The translations under genes and the position numbers were made by a program. Shown here piece by piece: positions 1 through 8,854 of a stretch of 45,086 bases of DNA. This DNA comes from Candidatus Bipolaricaulia bacterium (GTDB lineage Bacteria > Bipolaricaulota > Bipolaricaulia > JBHIAT01). Every line of letters begins with the position of its first letter. Within the stretch, counting starts at the first letter, position 1. The stretch is from contig JBHIAT010000007.1 in assembly GCA_046758705.1 (NCBI GenBank), forward strand, positions 1-45,086. Direction: 5' to 3'. Under the pieces are notes generated by a model, which made no database searches, had not been told where the DNA came from, and saw only the letters and a list, made by a program, of their open reading frames with translations.

Positions 1-296
1 ATGGGGAAGATCGACCCTCATTGCACCTCCTTCAAATTCTGCGAAACTATAGAAGATATAGCCCTGGTGGAACCCACTCCATGCTGACCTACGATCTGTA
101 CCAGGCCAATCTCTTGAGCCTGATGCAACACGGCCACGTCGCCGTAGTCGAGATGACCCTCACTCAATCGTCACTCGGGCGATCAAATCTCGGGCGTCCA
201 CGGTTGCCTCCTGAGCGCTGGGCTGGCCCTTAGGATACAACTTTTCCCCGAGATGTCAAACTGGGGTTGAAAAGCACCGATTCTCCCTCGGATCAT

Positions 297-854
297 TTAG
301 CCGATCTTGCGGATGGCGGCCGTGTCCAGTGTGGATTCCACCACGATGCCAACGTGGAGGAGCAGCCCGTCCTTGGCCGCTAGCACCCAGCGGTGCGGTT
401 CAGTCACAATGAGAGATTCGGTCTCCAGCGCTACCTGCTTGATTGCCATCACCTTCCCATCGACATCGATGATAGCCAGCTCTAGTGGGGTGCGGATCCC
501 CGTCATATTGTAACTGGTCCGGCGGGTCACTTCCCGGGTCTGGGCATAGAGCAGAAAGGTAGTGTCCAGGGCCTTGGTCCCCACCTCGCGCAGGCCGGCC
601 GTCCGAGCGTCGAAGGTCTCCGCTATCCGGACGGGAAGGAGAACCACCGTGCCGTCAGGGGTGGTCACGCGGATCGTCCCCGCGGGCATCTCTACGACGG
701 CCGGCGGGAGGTAGCCCTCCTTGCCCTTCATGAGGGTCGGCGCCACCGCGTACAGCCCGATCAAGAACCCAAGACCCACCAACACCAAGCTGCCCAAAAC
801 GACCTTCGCCCTTCGTCCCCACTCTCTCATGCTCGTGCGTTCCGTCTCCGCCAT
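297..854 (-). CDS. DUF192 (COG1430)-like membrane-anchored/periplasmic protein
   Basis: 185-aa ORF. N-terminal TM helix (VVLGSLVLVGLGFLIGLYAV) followed by a DUF192-like core (PVRIAETFDARTAGL...LELAIIDVDGKV). Family resemblance only. Confidence 0.5.
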   Translation of the reverse strand: MAETERTSMREWGRRAKVVLGSLVLVGLGFLIGLYAVAPTLMKGKEGYLPPAVVEMPAGTIRVTTPDGTVVLLPVRIAETFDARTAGLREVGTKALDTTFLLYAQTREVTRRTSYNMTGIRTPLELAIIDVDGKVMAIKQVALETESLIVTEPHRWVLAAKDGLLLHVGIVVESTLDTAAIRKIG

Positions 855-1005
855 TACACGACACCTCCCTGTCGGTTTGCTACGTTGACACGTGATGTGA
901 ATTAGCCATGACCGAAGACCAAGGCTTTCAGTGTCAACAGATCATACCCCATGTGGAGAAGAGCAGATACCTCACTCAGTTCGCCTCGCTTCGATGAAGT
1001 TTCTA

Positions 1006-1380
1006 TCACGCTACCTCCTTTCCAATGACGCCCCGTTTAGACATCCTTCGTCGATATCTCTTGATCAAGAAGCTGGCCACGACCACGATCAGCAACGCCA
1101 CGCCGGCATTCACAAACCAAGGGACCGCGCTCCCACTCCTCACCCAGACATAGATAGGAGGAAGCCAAGCGCCCGTCCGGTTGATGAGCACGGCTGTGAG
1201 CAAGGCCGGACTTCTCAAGATATTTTTATGCGAGGAGAAATCTCTGTTTCTCAGGGATTTCCATCCCTTCTTACCGATCAAAATTCCAATCATGAGCCAA
1301 CCGAACCAGTAGGCGATACCAGCTCCAAGGCTAATCCAGCCCAATCCGGAACGTAGTTCGTGGAGTCTTTCTAAAAGCAT
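1006..1380 (-). CDS. small polytopic membrane protein, function unknown
   Basis: ORF 1006..1401 with three hydrophobic helices. The internal Met at 1378-1380 is preceded by AAGAGGG at good spacing; the first ATG at 1401 has no SD, so the start is uncertain. Diverges from the stomatin gene across an AT-rich spacer. Confidence 0.4.
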   Translation of the reverse strand: MLLERLHELRSGLGWISLGAGIAYWFGWLMIGILIGKKGWKSLRNRDFSSHKNILRSPALLTAVLINRTGAWLPPIYVWVRSGSAVPWFVNAGVALLIVVVASFLIKRYRRRMSKRGVIGKEVA

Positions 1381-1534
1381 AACGACCCTCTTTTCAATCA
1401 TAGTGTTAGACTAATAAAAATATCAAGAAAACAAAAATATCCCGGAGAAAATAGTCATTAAATTTTTCTAAATTTCAACAAATCTATATAAAATTAATCA
1501 GACCTCAAAGATTCTGCAGTGATGTCCATTCCAG

Positions 1535-1563
1535 TTGACTGGCTTCCTAAAATCCCTTATATT
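1535..1563 (+). promoter_or_regulatory. sigma70-type promoter for the SPFH gene (TTGACT, 17-bp spacer, TATATT)
   Basis: TTGACT at 1535-1540, 17-nt spacer, TATATT at 1558-1563. About 65 nt upstream of the 1632 start. Lies in an unusually AT-rich spacer (1402-1540). Confidence 0.45.
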
Positions 1564-1631
1564 GGGGCCGAGAAAGAGCGCAGAGCAACGCAGTAGGTTG
1601 GGTACCATACTGCAGGAGGTGCTGAGCGAAA

Positions 1632-2378
1632 ATGCTGTGGATCGTGTTGGGTGCTATCGTCATCCTGTTCCTGTGGAGTGCGATCAAGATCGTCAAAGAG
1701 TATGAGCGCGGGGTGATCTTTCGCCTCGGTCGGCTGGTCGGAGCCAAGGGGCCAGGACTGTTCCTCATCATCCCGATCATCGATAAGATGGTGATCGTCA
1801 GCCTGCGGACCGTCACCCTGGATGTGCCTCCGCAGGAGGTCATCACCCGCGACAACGTGCCAGCCAACGTGAACGCGGTCGTCTACTTCCGGGTCATGGA
1901 TCCGCCGAGTGCCATCGTCGAGGTCGAGGATTTCCTCCAGGCGACGAGCCAGATCTCCCAAACGGCGCTCAGAAGCGTTCTGGGCGAGGCTGAGCTCGAT
2001 GCACTCCTCGCCCAGCGTGAGCAGATCAACCGCAAACTCCAGGAGATCATCGATGAACAGACCGACCCTTGGGGCATTAAGGTCTCAACTGTCGAGATCA
2101 AAGACGTGAAGATCCCCCAGGAGATGCAGCGGGCGATGGCCCGCCAAGCCGAGACCGAGCGCGAGCGCCGTGCCAAGATCATCAACGCCGAGGGTGAGCT
2201 CCAGGCGGCGGAGAAGCTTCAGCAGGCTGCAGGGATCCTGCAACGGAGCCCGGCTGCGATTCAACTGCGCTTTCTGGAGACGCTCAGCGACATCTCGTCC
2301 GACAACACATCGACGATCATCTTCCCCCTGCCGATCAACATCTTCGATGCCTTCAGGGCATGGGTCAAAGACCGATAA
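1632..2378 (+). CDS. SPFH/band-7 (stomatin/prohibitin-like, QmcA/HflK-type) membrane protein
   Basis: 248 aa. N-terminal TM helix then the canonical SPFH core ([16 protein letters not shown]...[17 protein letters not shown]) and a C-terminal coiled coil ([20 protein letters not shown]). GGAGG RBS. Confidence 0.9.
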   Translation: MLWIVLGAIVILFLWSAIKIVKEYERGVIFRLGRLVGAKGPGLFLIIPIIDKMVIVSLRTVTLDVPPQEVITRDNVPANVNAVVYFRVMDPPSAIVEVEDFLQATSQISQTALRSVLGEAELDALLAQREQINRKLQEIIDEQTDPWGIKVSTVEIKDVKIPQEMQRAMARQAETERERRAKIINAEGELQAAEKLQQAAGILQRSPAAIQLRFLETLSDISSDNTSTIIFPLPINIFDAFRAWVKDR

Positions 2379-2444
2379 TATGGACTTCCCGAACCGGAAT
2401 TCAACTATGCAAGCGGCGACTTTAGGGATCGATACAACGTCGGA

Positions 2445-2873
2445 TCAAATATCGAGCGGCTCGGGCTGCTGCGCCTCGTGAGGATGCTCCGGGCCGGGGT
2501 AGACCTTCAGCTTTTTAAACATCCGCCTTCCCAGCTTGCTCTTGGGTAGCATATTCTTGACCGCCTTCTCGATCGGCCAAGTGGGGTGCTTCTCGACCAG
2601 TTCTTCGTAGGTTTTCTCCTTCAGGTGGCCGATGTAGCCGGTGTGGTGATAGTACTTCTTCTGCTCCCGCTTCTTGCCGGTCAGCTCGATCTCGCGGGCG
2701 TTGATGACGATCACGTAATCCCCGGTGTCGACATGGGGAGTGTAGATCGGTTTGTGTTTGCCCTGGAGGATCGTGGCGATCTCCGAAGCGAGCCGGCCCA
2801 GGATCTTCCCCCGGGCGTCGATCAGATGCCACTTCCGTTCCCACGTCTCGCCCATTTCTTCCTTCTTTGCCAT
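2445..2873 (-). CDS. rplM: 50S ribosomal protein L13 (uL13)
   Basis: ORF 2445..2969, trimmed to Met33 ([20 protein letters not shown]...), which gives 142 aa co-linear with E. coli L13. Conserved GRLAS...[13 protein letters not shown]...YYHHTGY. No rpsI downstream. Confidence 0.88.
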   Translation of the reverse strand: MAKKEEMGETWERKWHLIDARGKILGRLASEIATILQGKHKPIYTPHVDTGDYVIVINAREIELTGKKREQKKYYHHTGYIGHLKEKTYEELVEKHPTWPIEKAVKNMLPKSKLGRRMFKKLKVYPGPEHPHEAQQPEPLDI

Positions 2874-2940
2874 GTAGCTAGGTTGCCTCTGCATCGCGAT
2901 ATCCTTTCCTTTCCCTGTGTCCCTTGGTATACTGTCTGGT

Positions 2941-2970
2941 ATATTAGTGAGACGAAGGTCGCTTGTCAAC
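2941..2970 (-). promoter_or_regulatory. sigma70-type promoter for rplM (minus strand TTGACA, 18-bp spacer, TAATAT)
   Basis: Reverse complement of 2965-2970 is TTGACA; reverse complement of 2941-2946 is TAATAT. Implies a leader of about 60 nt. Confidence 0.4.
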
Positions 2971-3042
2971 CTGTGAAAGATTTTGATCGCTACTTTCCCA
3001 GCGGAGATAGAGGGCTTGGGAATGTGTGAGAAAGATGATCGG

Positions 3043-3072
3043 TTGACTTGGATGTCAAGCTTGTGATATAAC
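3043..3072 (+). promoter_or_regulatory. sigma70-type promoter for the DUF3179 gene (TTGACT ... TATAAC)
   Basis: TTGACT at 3043-3048, 18-nt spacer, TATAAC at 3067-3072. The -35 sits in a short inverted repeat TTGAC/GTCAA. 30 nt upstream of the 3104 start. Confidence 0.4.
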
Positions 3073-3103
3073 TATGCATATTCTACAGGGAGTGGATAAG
3101 TAG

Positions 3104-4483
3104 ATGAACCGTTTCACCATGATCGTAGGAACAGGGACAGGAATCGCTCTCCTGGTCCTGCTGATGCTACTTTCCTGGAGCGGATATGGAACCCACGAAC
3201 GGATCGCCACCGAGGAGGAGATCGCCACCACCGAGCGCGGGACCAAGTACCTCGCGCGCCTGGAGATCGATCAGTTTCTGTCGTTGCTGCCTCCGGATTC
3301 CATCCCGTCGATCGATGCACCCGAATTCACATCGGCCGTTGAGGCAAATGAGTGGCTGGTCCCCAACGACTTCGTCATGGGGGTCCGCTACAACGGGATA
3401 GCGAAGGCCTACCCGATTCGGATTCTCAACTGGCACGAAATCGTCAACGATGATTTCGATGGAGAGATGGTCGTGGTCAGTTACAATCCGCTGTGCAACT
3501 CCGGACTGGTCTTCTTGGCACCGAGAATCGCGGGCCAGGATGGTGAGCTCCAAATCGCCCAGTTCGGGACCTCAGGAAACTTATACAAATCGAATTTGGT
3601 GATGTACGACCGGGTATCGTTCTCGCTGTGGTCCCAGGTCATGAGTGAAGTGATCATCGGCCCGCTCGTTGGCGAGATCGGGGAGCTACACCGAATACCG
3701 GTTGACCTCGTCCCGTGGGGACTGTGGCGGGATGAGCATCCGGATACGATCGTGCTCATCCGGCCGACCTCGGGCGGGATCGAGGGGCAAGCACCTCAGT
3801 ACCTACGGAACTACGATGTCGACCCGTACGTGGACTACCGGGTGCAGGATCCTGTGGAGAGTTACCAAGCCGGATTGGAGGGATTGGAGAGCGAGATTTC
3901 CGACGCTGAGCATGAGATCGCTGCGTTGAAGGAGAAACAGGAGCTAACGCTGGAAGAGCAAGAGCAGTTGGATGCACTGGAGGCTGAGCTTGATATTCTC
4001 CAAAACCAGATGCAAGGGATAATACAGAACGGGGTTCGCACGAGCTTCGGAGTTCCGTTCGTCGACGACCGGCTCCAGGCGAAGGACGATGTCATCGGAG
4101 TCGTCGTCGACGACAGCGTGAAGGCTTATACCAAGACGGCGTTCGATGAACTATCGCTGCTGAACGACCGGGTTGGTGAGACCTCGATCCTGGTCGTCAA
4201 GTCCCCGGCCGGCGAGCTGAAATTCTTCGTCCGTCAGGTCGGGGAGCGCGCCCTAGAGTTCGAGTTCGTTGACGGCGATCTGGTCGACCTAAACACCGGC
4301 TCGACCTGGGATTTCTCCGGAACGGTTATCTCCGGGTCCGGGGAGCTTGCCGGAGCCCAGCTGGAGGAGATCGTCGGGGTTCCGTCGTACTGGTTCTCCT
4401 GGGTCGCGTTCTATCCGGAGACCGAGCTGTTCAGAGGCGAGGTAGAGATGGAGGCGCCTGCCGAGACCGAGGCTGAGGAGTAG
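3104..4483 (+). CDS. DUF3179-family membrane-anchored secreted protein with an internal coiled-coil insertion
   Basis: 459 aa. N-terminal TM/signal anchor. DUF3179 signature spread over two halves (DSIPSIDAPEF..., GIAKAYP...HEIVND, VVVSYNPLCNSG, GNLYKSNLVMYDR.SFSLWSQ, WFSWVAFYPET). These are interrupted by an acidic heptad-like insert of about 60 aa (EISDAEHEIAALKEKQELTLEEQEQLDALEAELDILQNQMQ). Confidence 0.7.
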   Translation: MNRFTMIVGTGTGIALLVLLMLLSWSGYGTHERIATEEEIATTERGTKYLARLEIDQFLSLLPPDSIPSIDAPEFTSAVEANEWLVPNDFVMGVRYNGIAKAYPIRILNWHEIVNDDFDGEMVVVSYNPLCNSGLVFLAPRIAGQDGELQIAQFGTSGNLYKSNLVMYDRVSFSLWSQVMSEVIIGPLVGEIGELHRIPVDLVPWGLWRDEHPDTIVLIRPTSGGIEGQAPQYLRNYDVDPYVDYRVQDPVESYQAGLEGLESEISDAEHEIAALKEKQELTLEEQEQLDALEAELDILQNQMQGIIQNGVRTSFGVPFVDDRLQAKDDVIGVVVDDSVKAYTKTAFDELSLLNDRVGETSILVVKSPAGELKFFVRQVGERALEFEFVDGDLVDLNTGSTWDFSGTVISGSGELAGAQLEEIVGVPSYWFSWVAFYPETELFRGEVEMEAPAETEAEE

Positions 4484-4507
4484 TAGAGAAGAAAGGGGTG
4501 AGAGTTA

Positions 4508-4789
4508 ATGACCGTTACCAAAAGCGCTCGAGAAGAGCTAAAGAAGATCTTAGATAACACGGAAACCCAGCCTGAGCAATCCCTCCGACTTGTGGAGGAT
4601 CAAGGTTACTACACACTAGTACTGGATACGGAGCAGCAAGACGATCAAGTGGTGGAACACGATGGGACAACCGTGTTACTCGTTGACGCAGACATCAAGG
4701 CCCAGCTGGAAGGTGTTGTCCTAGATCTTCAAGATACATCGGAAGGTCCGCAGCTCATCTTTTTACCGAAGGAACAAGAACAGGGATAG
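4508..4789 (+). CDS. small acidic HesB/IscA-fold-like protein lacking the cluster-binding cysteines
   Basis: 93 aa, 24 nt after the DUF3179 gene. Co-linear with IscA/HesB (TVTKSAREELKKIL ~ ITLSDSAAARV; SLRLVED.GYYTLVLD...DQVVEHDGTTVLLVDADIKAQLEGVVLDL ~ GLRLGV..AYVLEF...[28 protein letters not shown]). Contains no Cys and no C-terminal CGCG. Confidence 0.45.
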   Translation: MTVTKSAREELKKILDNTETQPEQSLRLVEDQGYYTLVLDTEQQDDQVVEHDGTTVLLVDADIKAQLEGVVLDLQDTSEGPQLIFLPKEQEQG

Positions 4790-4826
4790 TGTTTGTTTAG
4801 CATTCGTTGGTCAAGCGGGTGGCCGT

Positions 4827-5825
4827 TCAAACACCGATCCGCTCCCGCACCTCGGCCATCGTCCGAACCGCGATCTCTCGGGCTCGTTGTGCTCCGTCTT
4901 GCAATATTCGCTGCACGCCGGGGAGGTCCGCCTCCAGCTCCCGGTGACGCTCCCGGATCGGCTTTAAGGTTGCCATCAGATGTTCGTAGACTGCCTCCTT
5001 AAGCCGCTGATACAGGAGTTTTCCGTTGGCATACTCCTGTTCGAACTTCTCGACCGTCCGTGCGTCGGCCGTCAGTCGGAGCAGCACGAACAGGTTGTCG
5101 ACCCCGGGGCTCTTCTGTTCGCCAGCGGCCTCCAGACCGACGTCGGTGACCGCTGTCTTGATCTTCTCCCAGATGACATCCTCCGACTCCATCACACCGA
5201 TGTAGTGCTTCGATCCCAGGCTCTTGCTCATCTTCTTGGAGGGGTCGGCGGTGGACATGATCCGTGGTGCCTCGCTCAGCAGTGCCTCCGGTTCGGGAAA
5301 CAGCTCCCCGAACTGTCGGTTGAACCGGCGGGCGATCCGGCGGGACAGTTCGAGATGTTGCACCTGGTCCTCCCCGACCGGCACCTTACTCGCTTTGTAG
5401 ATCAGGATGTCAGCCGCCTGCAATATGGGATAGATGAACAGCCCAGCGCTTACGAACGCCGCCCCCTCCGACTTCTCCTTGAATTGCGTCATCCGGGTCA
5501 GATCCCCGTAGGATGCAACGCTGTTGAACACCCAGGCGAGTTCGGTATGTTCCGGAACCTGTGATTGGACGAACAGGACCGATCGCTTCGGGTCGATTCC
5601 GGAGGCCATCAGATCGATGGCCATACCCAACGTGTTTTTCTTTAACTGTTCGGGCTCGTAATCGACGGTGATCGCATGGTAGTCGACAATCGGATAGAAG
5701 CAGTGGTACCGATCCTGCAGCGCCACCCAATGCTTCACTGCCCCGAAGTAATTGCCGAGTTGGAGTTCACCCGTCGGTTGGATACCGGACAGGACCCGTT
5801 CACGTTCCTGCTGGCTCTGACTCAC
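4827..5825 (-). CDS. trpS: tryptophan--tRNA ligase
   Basis: 332 aa. GTG start with GAGGAGGTG RBS. Class-I signatures (GIQPTGELQLGNY as a HIGH-type motif, KMSKS), overall TrpRS co-linearity. Confidence 0.93.
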   Translation of the reverse strand: MSQSQQERERVLSGIQPTGELQLGNYFGAVKHWVALQDRYHCFYPIVDYHAITVDYEPEQLKKNTLGMAIDLMASGIDPKRSVLFVQSQVPEHTELAWVFNSVASYGDLTRMTQFKEKSEGAAFVSAGLFIYPILQAADILIYKASKVPVGEDQVQHLELSRRIARRFNRQFGELFPEPEALLSEAPRIMSTADPSKKMSKSLGSKHYIGVMESEDVIWEKIKTAVTDVGLEAAGEQKSPGVDNLFVLLRLTADARTVEKFEQEYANGKLLYQRLKEAVYEHLMATLKPIRERHRELEADLPGVQRILQDGAQRAREIAVRTMAEVRERIGV

Positions 5826-5868
5826 AGATCAACTCACCTCCTCAACTTAAACTTATTAAACTTAAGGT

Positions 5869-7284
5869 TCACCGGCCGGGGAAGGTCAGGGAGAACAAGG
5901 ACTCGGCCTTGAGACGCAGTTGCTCCGCCCGTTGTGGTTGGCCGATCTGCTCATAGAACTCCGCCAGCCTCCAGTAGAGCAGATAGTTATCCGGAAAATC
6001 CTCGGTCCCCTGTTCGAGGACTTCCGGTACCCGGTCGAGCTCCCCGATTTGCTCCAGGGCCAGCGCCAGCTCAATATAGATCCTCGGATCCACCCGTTCC
6101 TGAAGGGCAATTTCATAGAAGTGCGCCGCCGATTGGTAGTCTCCAGCGAAGAAGTAGTAATTGGCGAGCCGATAGGAGTCGTTCTCTTCCTCTGCCAACC
6201 TCTGCTCGTTGAGACTTTGTTCCTGAAGGGTTCGAAGGCGCGCGTCGAAATCATCGACCGCGTCCACCGCGATCCGGGGCCGGGGACGTGGCTCGACCTC
6301 GGCTTCCGCTTCCCTCTCGAGGGGTGGCACCGGTTCCGGTTCAATCGGTTCCAGGTGGGTGGGGGGCACGGCGATATCCGGCTCGGACTCTTGGATCTCC
6401 AACCGAAACACCTTGTCGACAATCTCCGGTTCCCGTCCCAGGAACCCACTGAGTTCCCGATTCAGTTCGGCCCGTACTGCCCGCCCATTGCTGGCGCGCA
6501 AAAACAGCCCCCGCTGGGCGATAAACTCTCGCCGTTCTCCGGCTTCGAGCGGACCTTGGAAGACCGCCTCGCCGTCGGCCGTGACCCAGATCACTGTGTC
6601 CTGAATGACTTCCAGTTCCAAGTAGAGTGGTTTCTCCGGTGAGAACGGGGATATCAGCACGATCTCCCGGGAGAGGGGGAAGATCGACACCGGCTCCTCC
6701 CCCGGAGCCGTTTCGGGGCGGGTCGGTCCGCCGGATGTCTGGATGGGGGCCTCGACGAGCACCTCGTCCGCTTGTACCGGACCCAGCTCCCCCCGGAGAG
6801 GTCCGCCATCAAGGCCCGCTTCCTGGGGTTGAGGCGTATCTGATCCCAGAGCCGAACCCTCGCCGTTCCCCGACCCCGAACGGGCCGGAGGCTGGGACTG
6901 AAGCTGGCTCACCCCCCATAAGATACCGGCAACGATCACCATAATCGCTACCAGGAGGGCACCGCGGGGCATCCATCGAAGCTTCCGTGTCGGTGCCTCA
7001 ACCTCGGCGGTAGCGGCCGCCTCGGCGACGCGCGCGGCCTCAACCTCGGCCAGATGCTGCCGGAACCTCCCCAACACCTCCTCAGGGTCCAGGCCGAGAT
7101 ACCCGCTGTATTTCCTCATGAACCCTTCGCGGTAAGGGGACGGAGGCAACTCCTCAAACCGTCCATCCTCCATGGCGATCAGGAACTTCCTGCGGATGTG
7201 AAGGATCTGAGCGATGTCGCCCACCCGGAGCCCGCGTTCCTTCCGCTGCTGTCTCAGGTGCGCTCCGATCTCTTTTGTATCCAT
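5869..7284 (-). CDS. RodZ-like cytoskeleton-associated protein (N-terminal XRE-type HTH, TM, DUF4115) with a C-terminal TPR extension
   Basis: 471 aa. RodZ-type HTH (GDIAQILHIRRKFLIAMEDGRFEELPPSPYREGFMRKYSGYLGLD) and a single TM (LLVAIMVIVAGILWGV). Low-complexity Pro/Gly linker, then DUF4115-like beta domain (LYLELEVIQDTVIWVTADGEAVFQGPLEAGERREF). C-terminal ~120 aa are TPR-like repeats (YYFFAGDYQSAAHFYEIAL... YWRLAEFYEQIGQPQRA). Confidence 0.65.
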   Translation of the reverse strand: MDTKEIGAHLRQQRKERGLRVGDIAQILHIRRKFLIAMEDGRFEELPPSPYREGFMRKYSGYLGLDPEEVLGRFRQHLAEVEAARVAEAAATAEVEAPTRKLRWMPRGALLVAIMVIVAGILWGVSQLQSQPPARSGSGNGEGSALGSDTPQPQEAGLDGGPLRGELGPVQADEVLVEAPIQTSGGPTRPETAPGEEPVSIFPLSREIVLISPFSPEKPLYLELEVIQDTVIWVTADGEAVFQGPLEAGERREFIAQRGLFLRASNGRAVRAELNRELSGFLGREPEIVDKVFRLEIQESEPDIAVPPTHLEPIEPEPVPPLEREAEAEVEPRPRPRIAVDAVDDFDARLRTLQEQSLNEQRLAEEENDSYRLANYYFFAGDYQSAAHFYEIALQERVDPRIYIELALALEQIGELDRVPEVLEQGTEDFPDNYLLYWRLAEFYEQIGQPQRAEQLRLKAESLFSLTFPGR

Positions 7285-7299
7285 CTTAAATGCCTAGGC

Positions 7300-8157
7300 T
7301 CAGGTCGGCCGACCCGACGACCTGAGCAGCTTGTTGACCAATCGCCGATGGAGGTGATGGCCGCCCTTCAACACGACAAACCCTCCGATGAGTCGCCGTC
7401 CTCCCAGGAGAAGATCCCCCAACAGATCCAGGACCTTGTGCTTGACGAACTCATCCTTGGACCGCAACGTGGTCAGGGGACCATCCTGGCCGATGGCGAC
7501 GGTGTTCTCCAGGCTGCTGCCCAGCGCCCTCCCTTGCGCCCGCAAGCCTGGGGCGTCCTTGAGGAAACCGAATGTCCGGCTCGGCGCGATCTTCCGCTCA
7601 AAAGTCTGCCCCGTGATCGGGCCGGCGTAGTACTGTCGTCCGATGACCTCGTAGTCGATGTAGTAGGAGACCCGAAGCCGGGTATTGGGAAGTGCGAGGG
7701 CCATCCGATCCCCCTGAATGACCCAGCCGGGCGCCGCCACCCGATAGACCCACCGCGGTGCCGCCTGCCTCACCCGACCGGCCTGCTTGAACGCTTCGAG
7801 GAACGGGGCAGCGCTGCCATCCAAGATCGGAACCTCAGGGCCGTTCACCTCGGCGATCAGATTGTCGACCCCGAACAGGTGAACGGCGGCGAGCAGATGC
7901 TCGATCGTCCGGACCTTGTGCCCGTTCTTCCCCAAAGTGATCCCGCCGAGATCGTCGACCACGTGTTCTAAACGGAGTTCAATCTCCTCACCCTCACTCA
8001 AGAACCGGACACCGGTGTCGGGTGGGGCGGAGCGGAGGGTCAGCTCAGCAGGCTGGCCGGTATGGACCCCGATTCCCGCCAGAGAGATGTCGGACCTCAG
8101 GGTCTGCTGGTCTCCTTGACGGGAGCGTGCAACCAGAGATCTGTATTCCAATGCCAT
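7300..8157 (-). CDS. lpxC: UDP-3-O-acyl-N-acetylglucosamine deacetylase (lipid A biosynthesis)
   Basis: 285 aa. Catalytic/zinc motifs conserved: TIEHLLAA, EVNGPEVPILDGSAAPF, FVKHKVLDLLGDL, KGGHHLH. Co-linear with E. coli LpxC. Confidence 0.88.
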   Translation of the reverse strand: MALEYRSLVARSRQGDQQTLRSDISLAGIGVHTGQPAELTLRSAPPDTGVRFLSEGEEIELRLEHVVDDLGGITLGKNGHKVRTIEHLLAAVHLFGVDNLIAEVNGPEVPILDGSAAPFLEAFKQAGRVRQAAPRWVYRVAAPGWVIQGDRMALALPNTRLRVSYYIDYEVIGRQYYAGPITGQTFERKIAPSRTFGFLKDAPGLRAQGRALGSSLENTVAIGQDGPLTTLRSKDEFVKHKVLDLLGDLLLGGRRLIGGFVVLKGGHHLHRRLVNKLLRSSGRPT

Positions 8158-8191
8158 GCTCCAGACTCAAGCTCAGGTCTCAGGTCCGGGG

Positions 8192-8398
8192 TCATTCACC
8201 GACGTAGGGGAGCAACGCGACCTTTCGAGCCCGTTTGATCACCCGGGCGACCTCACGCTGGTGCTTGGCGCAAAGATGGGTCGTCCTTTTGGGGAGGATT
8301 CTTCCCAGACGGTTCATATAGTGTTTCAACGTCCCTGGGTCTTTGTAGGAGAAGCGGTAGTCCCGTTCACAAGCTCTGCATCGTCTTCGTCGCACCAT
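8192..8398 (-). CDS. rpsR: 30S ribosomal protein S18 (bS18), Cys-containing form
   Basis: 68 aa. YKD...LKHYMNRLGRILPKRTTHLCAKHQREVARVIKRARKVALLPY. CxxC at residues 7/10 plus Cys43 and nearby His suggest a putative Zn site. Start overlaps the ssb stop by 1 nt. Confidence 0.88.
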   Translation of the reverse strand: MVRRRRCRACERDYRFSYKDPGTLKHYMNRLGRILPKRTTHLCAKHQREVARVIKRARKVALLPYVGE

Positions 8399-8802
8399 CA
8401 GAACGGAACCTCCTCATCGAACGGAGCTGGCTCACCGGGCTCTTTGGCTGTGGTTTCCGACGGTTCTCCCCAGTCCAGGAACTGGACGTTGTTCGCCACG
8501 ACCTCCACAACCTTGCGCCGTTCTCCTTCTTCGGTCTCGAACGAATCGATCCTAAGCCGGCCGTCGACCGCAACCAACCGCCCCTTCCCCAGATAGTTGG
8601 CACAGGTCTCCGCCTGGTTTCCCCAGGTGACGATCGGAACGAACGTCGTCTCCTCCTGCATGTTCCCCTCCCGATCCCGGTATCTGCGATTGACTGCGAT
8701 CGAGAACCGCGTTCTGGCCATCCCCGTCTGAGTGTACTTTAACTCGGGATCCTGGGTCAAATTGCCGATCAAGATGATCCGATTCAAACTCGCGGACGGC
8801 AT
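8398..8802 (-). CDS. ssb: single-stranded DNA-binding protein
   Basis: 134 aa. OB-fold N-terminus (LNRIILIGNLTQDPELKYTQTGMARTRFSIAVNRRY), acidic C-terminal tail ending DEEVPF. Confidence 0.9.
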   Translation of the reverse strand: MPSASLNRIILIGNLTQDPELKYTQTGMARTRFSIAVNRRYRDREGNMQEETTFVPIVTWGNQAETCANYLGKGRLVAVDGRLRIDSFETEEGERRKVVEVVANNVQFLDWGEPSETTAKEPGEPAPFDEEVPF

Positions 8803-8854
8803 CTGTACCTCCTTCCTTGTTCTCCACTTGCCTATCCCTGCTGAACTTATGAAC

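Noticed and set aside
21-233. 70-aa plus-strand ORF at the window start, and the 28-codon ORF beginning at position 1
   Set aside because: No RBS and no recognisable product. The region 1-296 is probably intergenic, or the 3' flank of the DUF192 gene and beyond. Too weak to call.
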